A stretch of DNA of 64,000 nt from an uncultured delta proteobacterium. Lineage in GTDB: Bacteria; Desulfobacterota; Desulfobaccia; Desulfobaccales; 0-14-0-80-60-11. Positions within the stretch are counted from its first letter, which is position 1, and each line of letters begins with the position of its first letter. The stretch lies in assembly GCA_963812015.1 (NCBI GenBank), contig CAWETI010000002.1:1280001-1344000 (forward strand), given 5' to 3'. The translations under genes and the position numbers were made by a program. The notes beneath the pieces were generated by a model. That model had not been told where the DNA came from. It searched no databases and saw nothing but the letters and a program-made list of their open reading frames with translations. This document shows, one piece after another, positions 60,883 to 64,000 of the stretch.

Positions 60883-61743
60883 ATGACCATGGATGATGCC
60901 CTGCAACCCGGAAATATAGCGGCGCCGTATTATGATACGGCCCCGGGTACGCCCGCCGCCAAGCTCTCGGTCCGCCATCTGAACTTTTTCTATGGCAAGA
61001 CCCAGGCGCTCTTCGACAACAACCTGGACATCGCCACTCATAAGGTGACGGCCATCATCGGCCCCTCCGGCTGCGGCAAATCCACCCATCTGCGGATTTA
61101 CAACCGGATTTACGAGCTCTACCCGGAGCACTATGCCGAGGGGCAGGTGCAGGTCGATGGCATGGAAGTCCTCAGCCCCCAGGTAAACCTCATGGAACTC
61201 CGCCGGAAAGTGGGCATGGTGTTTCAGCGGCCCATCCCCTTCCCCATGTCCATCTTCGACAACGTGGCCTTTGGCCTGCGGCAGCACTTTCATTTGCCCA
61301 AGAGCCAGATGGCGGAGCGGGTGGAACAGGCCTTGCATGGCGCGGCCATCTGGGATGAGGTCAAAGACCACCTGGACCGGCCCGGGACTTCCCTGTCCGG
61401 GGGGCAGCAGCAACGGCTGTGCATTGCCCGGGCCATCGTGGTGGAGCCGGAGGTGCTGCTCATGGATGAACCGTGCTCCGCCATCGACCCCTTGAGCACG
61501 AACAAGATTGAAGCATTGATCCATGAGTTGAAATCCCGGTACACCATTGCCATCGTCACCCACAACATGCAACAGGCGGCCCGGGTCTCGGATTATACGG
61601 CATTTTTCTACCAGGGGCACATCATCGATTTTGGCCCCACCCCGGATATCTTCCAGCGACATTCCTTGCTGGATGAGGTGCCACCCAAGGAAAGACTGCA
61701 GGAGCTTCTGGAAAATAAACCGAAATATGCAAGCCTTTCCTGA
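60883..61743 (+). CDS. pstB: Phosphate ABC transporter ATPase, copy 1 (divergent C-terminus)
   Basis: [31 protein letters not shown]. Confidence 0.9.
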   Translation: MTMDDALQPGNIAAPYYDTAPGTPAAKLSVRHLNFFYGKTQALFDNNLDIATHKVTAIIGPSGCGKSTHLRIYNRIYELYPEHYAEGQVQVDGMEVLSPQVNLMELRRKVGMVFQRPIPFPMSIFDNVAFGLRQHFHLPKSQMAERVEQALHGAAIWDEVKDHLDRPGTSLSGGQQQRLCIARAIVVEPEVLLMDEPCSAIDPLSTNKIEALIHELKSRYTIAIVTHNMQQAARVSDYTAFFYQGHIIDFGPTPDIFQRHSLLDEVPPKERLQELLENKPKYASLS

Positions 61744-62633
61744 TGTTCAATACTATAATGAGCATGGTTAATCTGGCGCACACTACCCGAGAAGACGATC
61801 CTGTGGCTGAGGACACCGCGAAATCGAACCGGACGGCAGAAGTCTTTCCCTCTGAAGTCATCCTGAAAGGTCTGGGGATACCCACCAAGCTTGCCGTCCG
61901 GCACCTGAATTTTTACTACGGCGGGACCCAGGCCCTGTTCGACAATAACCTGGATATCGCTGAACATCAGGTGACCGCCATCATCGGTCCCTCCGGCTGC
62001 GGCAAGTCTACTCATCTCCGGGTTTACAACCGCATCTATGAACTCTACCGGGACCAGCGGGCCGAAGGCGAGATCTGGCTGGACGGCGTCAATGTCCTGA
62101 GTCCGGCCCAGGACGTCATGGAACTCCGCAAGAAGATCGGCATGATCTTCCAGAAACCCACGCCGTTTCCCATGAGCGTCTTTGAGAACGTGGCTTACGG
62201 CCTCAGGATGCATTACGCCTTGAGCAAGAGCGAAATGGCCGACCGGGTGGAGGATGCCTTAAAACGTTCCGCCTTGTGGGATGAAGTCAAAGACGTTCTG
62301 TATCGCCCGGGCACGGCCCTGTCCGGCGGGCAGCAGCAGCGGCTTTGCATCGCCCGGACCATCGTGGTGGAGCCGGAACTCCTGCTGATGGATGAACCCT
62401 GCTCGGCCATCGACCCCATCGGTACCGCCAAGGTGGAGGAACTGATCAACGAATTGAAAGCCGAATTTACCATCGTCATTGTCACCCATAACATGCAGCA
62501 GGCCGCCCGGGTCTCGGACTTCACTGCCTTTTTTTACGTGGGGAGGGTCGTCGAGTTCGGCACCACCCAACAAATTTTCACCAATCCCGCCAACAAACAG
62601 ACTGAGCAGTACATCACCGGGCGCTTCGGCTGA
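61743..62633 (+). CDS. pstB: Phosphate ABC transporter ATPase, copy 2 (true start probably downstream, e.g. GTG 61803)
   Basis: Same motifs plus the canonical YITGRFG end. Confidence 0.92.
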   Translation: MFNTIMSMVNLAHTTREDDPVAEDTAKSNRTAEVFPSEVILKGLGIPTKLAVRHLNFYYGGTQALFDNNLDIAEHQVTAIIGPSGCGKSTHLRVYNRIYELYRDQRAEGEIWLDGVNVLSPAQDVMELRKKIGMIFQKPTPFPMSVFENVAYGLRMHYALSKSEMADRVEDALKRSALWDEVKDVLYRPGTALSGGQQQRLCIARTIVVEPELLLMDEPCSAIDPIGTAKVEELINELKAEFTIVIVTHNMQQAARVSDFTAFFYVGRVVEFGTTQQIFTNPANKQTEQYITGRFG

Positions 62634-62796
62634 GCTGGGCCCCGGGCTGCCTCCCCTACGACGTTTCCTCGCTTTCCCCCCGCTTCCGGCCTCATCCTCA
62701 AAACGCGGCTGCTTATTTTTGCCGGCAGGACTTGATTATCCTGAAAACAACAATATTATAGATATTTAAGTCTAGGAAATCGGCGGATAACCACCT

Positions 62797-63852
62797 GTGC
62801 CCAAATCATTTAGGAGAATGGCCCGCAAGGCCGGCCTGCCCCCGGGTTCCCTGATATATACGGGGGAGGAGGAGCACCTGGCGGCCAAAATCACCGTCAC
62901 TCGTTACAACGAGCACGATTTCCGAGAAGACAAGGTTGATAATCTGACCGAATGCCCGCTGGCAGACGATCAGGGCAGGGTAACCTGGATCAATGTCAGC
63001 GGCATCCACCAGGTGAAGAACCTGGAAAAGCTGGGCGAGTGCTTCACTATCCACCCCCTGGTGTTGGAAGACATCCTGGATGCGGAACAACGGCCCAAAA
63101 TCGAGGACTATGACGATTATCTCTATATCGTCTTAGCCACCAGCAGACCTGGCGCCGAGAGCCAGGAACTCGTGTCGGAGCAGATCAGCCTCATTCTAGG
63201 GCCCCATTACGTCATCTCCTTCCAAGAAGGCGACGGCGATCTCTTTGCGCCCATCCGGGAGCGGCTCCTCAAGGCCAAAGGGCGGATCCGCAAGCTGGGG
63301 GCCGATTATCTCGCCTATACCCTCATCGATCTGATCGTGGATAATTATTTTGTGGAACTGGAAAAATTCGGCGACCAGGTGGAATTTCTGGAAGACAAAG
63401 TGATGAGCCAGCCCACGCCCGAGACGTTGCGCGATGTGCACCGGTTTAAGAATGACATGATCATGTTGCGCAAATCCCTGTGGCCCTTGCGGGAAGTGAT
63501 CGCCCGGCTGGAGCGCCGGGAGTCCCCCTTGATCGGCGAAAATCTGGCGATGTATTTTAGAGACGTCTATGATCACACCATCATCGCCATTGAAACGGTG
63601 GAGACCTATCGGGACATCCTGTCGGGGATGCTGGATATTTACCTTTCGTCCATGAGCAACCGGCTCAACGAGATCATGAAGGTATTGACCATCATCGCCA
63701 CCATCTTCATGCCGCTGACCTTTATCACCAGTCTTTACGGCATGAACTTCAAGAATATGCCGGAGTTGCAATGGCGATACGGTTATTATGGGGTGGTCGT
63801 GGTGATCGCGGTTGCCATGCTCGAGTACTTCCGAAGAAAACGCTGGATTTAA
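62797..63852 (+). CDS. corA: Magnesium/cobalt transporter
   Basis: GLPPG, HPLVLED, YGMNF, MPEL. Confidence 0.95.
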   Translation: MPKSFRRMARKAGLPPGSLIYTGEEEHLAAKITVTRYNEHDFREDKVDNLTECPLADDQGRVTWINVSGIHQVKNLEKLGECFTIHPLVLEDILDAEQRPKIEDYDDYLYIVLATSRPGAESQELVSEQISLILGPHYVISFQEGDGDLFAPIRERLLKAKGRIRKLGADYLAYTLIDLIVDNYFVELEKFGDQVEFLEDKVMSQPTPETLRDVHRFKNDMIMLRKSLWPLREVIARLERRESPLIGENLAMYFRDVYDHTIIAIETVETYRDILSGMLDIYLSSMSNRLNEIMKVLTIIATIFMPLTFITSLYGMNFKNMPELQWRYGYYGVVVVIAVAMLEYFRRKRWI

Positions 63853-63948
63853 TTCCAATGCGCTTCCCTTAAAGGGCGGGGAGACCCCGTCCCTCGATGG
63901 GTGCTTCAGGAAACAGCACTGGTTGTCTATCAAAAGGAGGATCTGACC

Positions 63949-64000
63949 ATGGCGGTTAAGGTGGGCAAGCCGGCCCCGGAGTTTGAAACCAAGGCCTATA
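63949..64000 (+). CDS. Partial AhpC/TSA peroxiredoxin-like protein (runs off the window)
   Basis: AGGAGG RBS; MAVKVGKPAPEFETKAY. Confidence 0.65.
   Translation, partial: MAVKVGKPAPEFETKAY

Noticed and set aside
63949..64000. Selenocysteine peroxiredoxin (PrxU)
   Set aside because: The active-site codon lies outside the window and cannot be assessed

Overview
GC-rich bacterial chromosomal window. Gene content and repeat style suggest a Desulfobacterota (deltaproteobacterial, possibly Desulfobacca-like) anaerobe; this is inference only. It is mostly housekeeping/metabolic genes: a Zn/Mn ABC uptake locus with porin, Fe-S proteins, nagZ, a sigma54 regulator, an IHF/HU gene, ndk, a stand-alone EF-G, pabABC, ilvA, cytochrome c biogenesis system II, phoBR-pstSCAB(B) and corA. 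Most of the notable signals are absent from the ORF track. (1) An IS110 (IS621-like) element sits in a REP hairpin; its left end encodes a readable bridge RNA whose target and donor guides match the actual insertion site and circle junction. (2) An unannotated 85-aa HMA-like protein has an in-frame UGA in a UxxC motif and is probably a selenoprotein. (3) A large, Alu-domain SRP RNA lies directly behind the IHF/HU gene. (4) There is a candidate sigma54-dependent ~80-nt sRNA. (5) A short terminator-containing leader precedes pabA. (6) A DUF2946-like CxxC/RAPP arrest-peptide uORF precedes the metal uptake operon. (7) An uncharacterised RibD-dehydrogenase-PTPS-GT4-methyltransferase cluster is present. 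(8) Two tandem paralogous microproteins end in ESHACGPK. All calls come from reading the sequence; no database searches were run.
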